From NCBI GenBank assembly GCA_002269645.1, contig NIVC01003399.1:1-64000 (forward strand): a DNA stretch of 64,000 nt. Direction: 5' to 3'. The notes beneath the pieces were generated by a model. It was not told the DNA's origin and ran no database searches. It saw only the letters and a list, made by a program, of their open reading frames with translations. Origin of the DNA: Macrostomum lignano. Taxonomy: Eukaryota. The translations under genes were made by a program, and so were the position numbers. Every line of letters begins with the position of its first letter. The stretch's first letter is position 1. Positions 61,631-64,000 of the stretch are shown piece after piece.

Positions 61631-64000
61631 TATCTAATCAGGGTTTTGGAAGATAAAATTTGAAAAAGTTAGTAGGTCTATAGACTGTTTTGTTTTCATA
61701 AACATTAGTAAATAAATATTTGAATTCTATCTAAAAAAAATTACTATATACAAGTAAGTATATTAAACAAGTTGAGATAAGACATTTAATAATAAAAAGG
61801 CTTTGAAATGCTCTGCTAAAATATAGTACCTACCTAGATCTTCTACCTACCTAGACCTAGATAAAATTGTAATTTAGGTTTTGTTCAAGAAATTTAAAAA
61901 ATATCCACCTTTTATTGCCACTTTTATTGCCAATTAAATTTTATTGCCACTTTAGTGTGTAGCATCAATGAGAAAGTTGGCAATAGCCTTTTGATATTCT
62001 TGTATTTTAAATAAAAAAATCAAAACCAAATAAATTGAATGTGCTTTTTTATATATAAGACTTCTAAAAGGAATAATTTTTTATAATAAGAATTGCAAGA
62101 TGTTTGCCTTAATGTTAAAAAATAGTTACCATTTTTAAGTTTTAGATCCAATATACTAAAAATGGTTTGTTGGTAGGTATCTATCTTTTTATCTAAGAAA
62201 CATTTGATGTTAAAGCTTAGCAGTAGCAAATTATTTGAATAATTGTCAGTTAAAGGAAGACTTCAACTATGAAGCACATTGAAAAAATTGTAAGTGATAC
62301 AAAACAAAGTAGCTTTTCTTTCTATTTGATGATTTCTATAATTTTCATGAAATATGTCTAAAGCATATATATGAATACTGACATATCATCATATTGACCA
62401 TTTTAAAAGCACAATAAAAATTAATTGATTTAATCATCTAATCCTGGTTTTAAAGTTAATAACAATTTCTAAACTAAAGTAGTTTTCTGAAAATTTCTTA
62501 TCTAAAAAAACATGGTCCGATAGTTCGTAATAATTTTTCAAACTTTTGCTCATATTAAGAAATAGAAAGTCAAAAAGCAATGTAAACATTAGCAATAATA
62601 TGCAGTAAAATGTGCGGTTAAGCAACTAAAACGGTCTGTTCATGAGGAACCTTAGCAAAGTCTAGACAATTTTGTCGGTTACAAAAATTATTCTGAACAA
62701 GGGAGGAATTGCAGTAGATACTAAATACAATAAGTGACGATAAAAAACGCTAAAGTATAGTTCAAAATCTAGTAGCGCTAGTTTTCGAAGTCGTTAGGGA
62801 TTCTAGGAAATGCACGCAAATTTAGCAAATAGTTAAATACGTGCCAAAACCGTTTCGTGTATTTGATTTTTCATTAAAACGACAGTTTGCACACTAGCTT
62901 TAGTTATAATATAAAAATAAAAAATCACAATATATTTATTCAATATTTAGTATATTTAATTATATACGTTTCATACAGGATGTCTTTCTCCGTACTGCGT
63001 GGCTTCTCTTCTAGCTGAATGCCTGAATGGAATAAATTATCAAGTTACGAACTTGAAGCAATCAACGCATTAGAAACTTAAGTAGAACCCTTGAAAAAAA
63101 ACTGTATAGTTAATGCTTCGACCTTGAACCTGAATTAATAATAAAGTAGCAATTATATACACTTACAGCATGCATGAATGAGTCTACTGGTAAAATGAAA
63201 TTTAATAGATATTTAATGTTTTGCTTCAATTTGTGCATTATCCGATGTTGATAACATCTTAATTATATCGATTAATCAACCGTGAAGTCAACAACTAAAA
63301 ACTTAGGTTAAAACGCTAAAGCGCTTAACTTAAGTCGCCCTTGAAATAGGCAACAAAGCTTAGCTAATTCATACAAGTCCACGCCGGTGTCCGGTCACGG
63401 CGAAGCTGACGTGCCGCGAAAATGCCGGCGTACTGGGGGTTCCATGGAAACTGCTAGAGATGGCGGCGTTTGACGGAGCTGAAAAAAAATTAATTTTCAA
63501 GATTTTTTACTATGATCACTACATGTATTTTAAGATAGATTGTTATAATATCCCTTCTTGGTATTCTCTCGAGCAGTGTGATTTTCTAGGTAATTTCCAT
63601 TTTCCTGTACACGCGTATATAGCCCAACAACCCCCATATTTGATATTTTTGCCCAACTCCCAGCTTCCCAATTTTCCTTATCCACTGCACACACTCACAC
63701 TACCTTAAAAATTTTACTCTACATTTGTTAATAATTGGTGCAGTTATTATTGTTGATTTCATATGAAGCAGTTATTATTGCACTTTATCCAATATTTGAA
63801 TTCTTGCACGAGTGCTTTGTACTAAATTAAGTCAACTCACTTTGAATACCGCTTGAGACGTTTGAATGCCATAAATCTTTTTTTCTTTGCTGCAGCTATC
63901 ACCAGATGAGAGAGAGAGAGCCGGGAGAGAGAGACGGAGCAGGTGGCTCGAAAGAAATGAGCAGGTGAAAAAAAATGAGAAATATGCATTCTTATATTAT

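Noticed and set aside
63439-63451. GTTCCATGGAAAC as an RFX X-box, and ATG 63460 ORF as a gene start
   Set aside because: It is a 13-bp variant with no ciliary gene identified next to it, and the ORF runs into AT-rich non-coding-like sequence. The GC island may still be a promoter.

Overview
Metazoan genomic DNA: short GC-rich exons, AT-rich intergenic DNA, and about a third of the window (hand estimate ~23 kb) in tandem arrays. The style resembles a free-living flatworm such as Macrostomum; this is an inference from the double-ACD small HSP and the repeat-stuffed introns. Genes whose exons I could join in frame by hand: a divergent GSK3/shaggy-like kinase (3' part, two apparent 1-bp deletions), CFAP157 (first two exons), POLR2K, an intronless two-domain small heat-shock protein with HSEs and a TATA box, a single intact-looking 5S rRNA gene just upstream of it, a two-exon SoxB-type gene, a four-exon double-CAP (GAPR-1-like) gene, a rhodopsin-class GPCR, and a complete four-exon SLC12A8. 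There are also two orphan candidates. Mobile DNA: an 82-bp-TIR MITE, four copies of a hAT-like MITE carrying a CT tract of very different lengths, a piggyBac 3' remnant, a Helitron/Helentron-like piece, and a 5'-truncated RTE-type LINE inserted in a satellite. The most striking pattern is that all 10 introns with both ends defined contain minisatellite arrays, usually starting or ending close to the splice sites, while the long AT-rich intergenic stretches are nearly free of arrays. Array boundaries are approximate, and protein identities come from remembered family sequences, not database searches.
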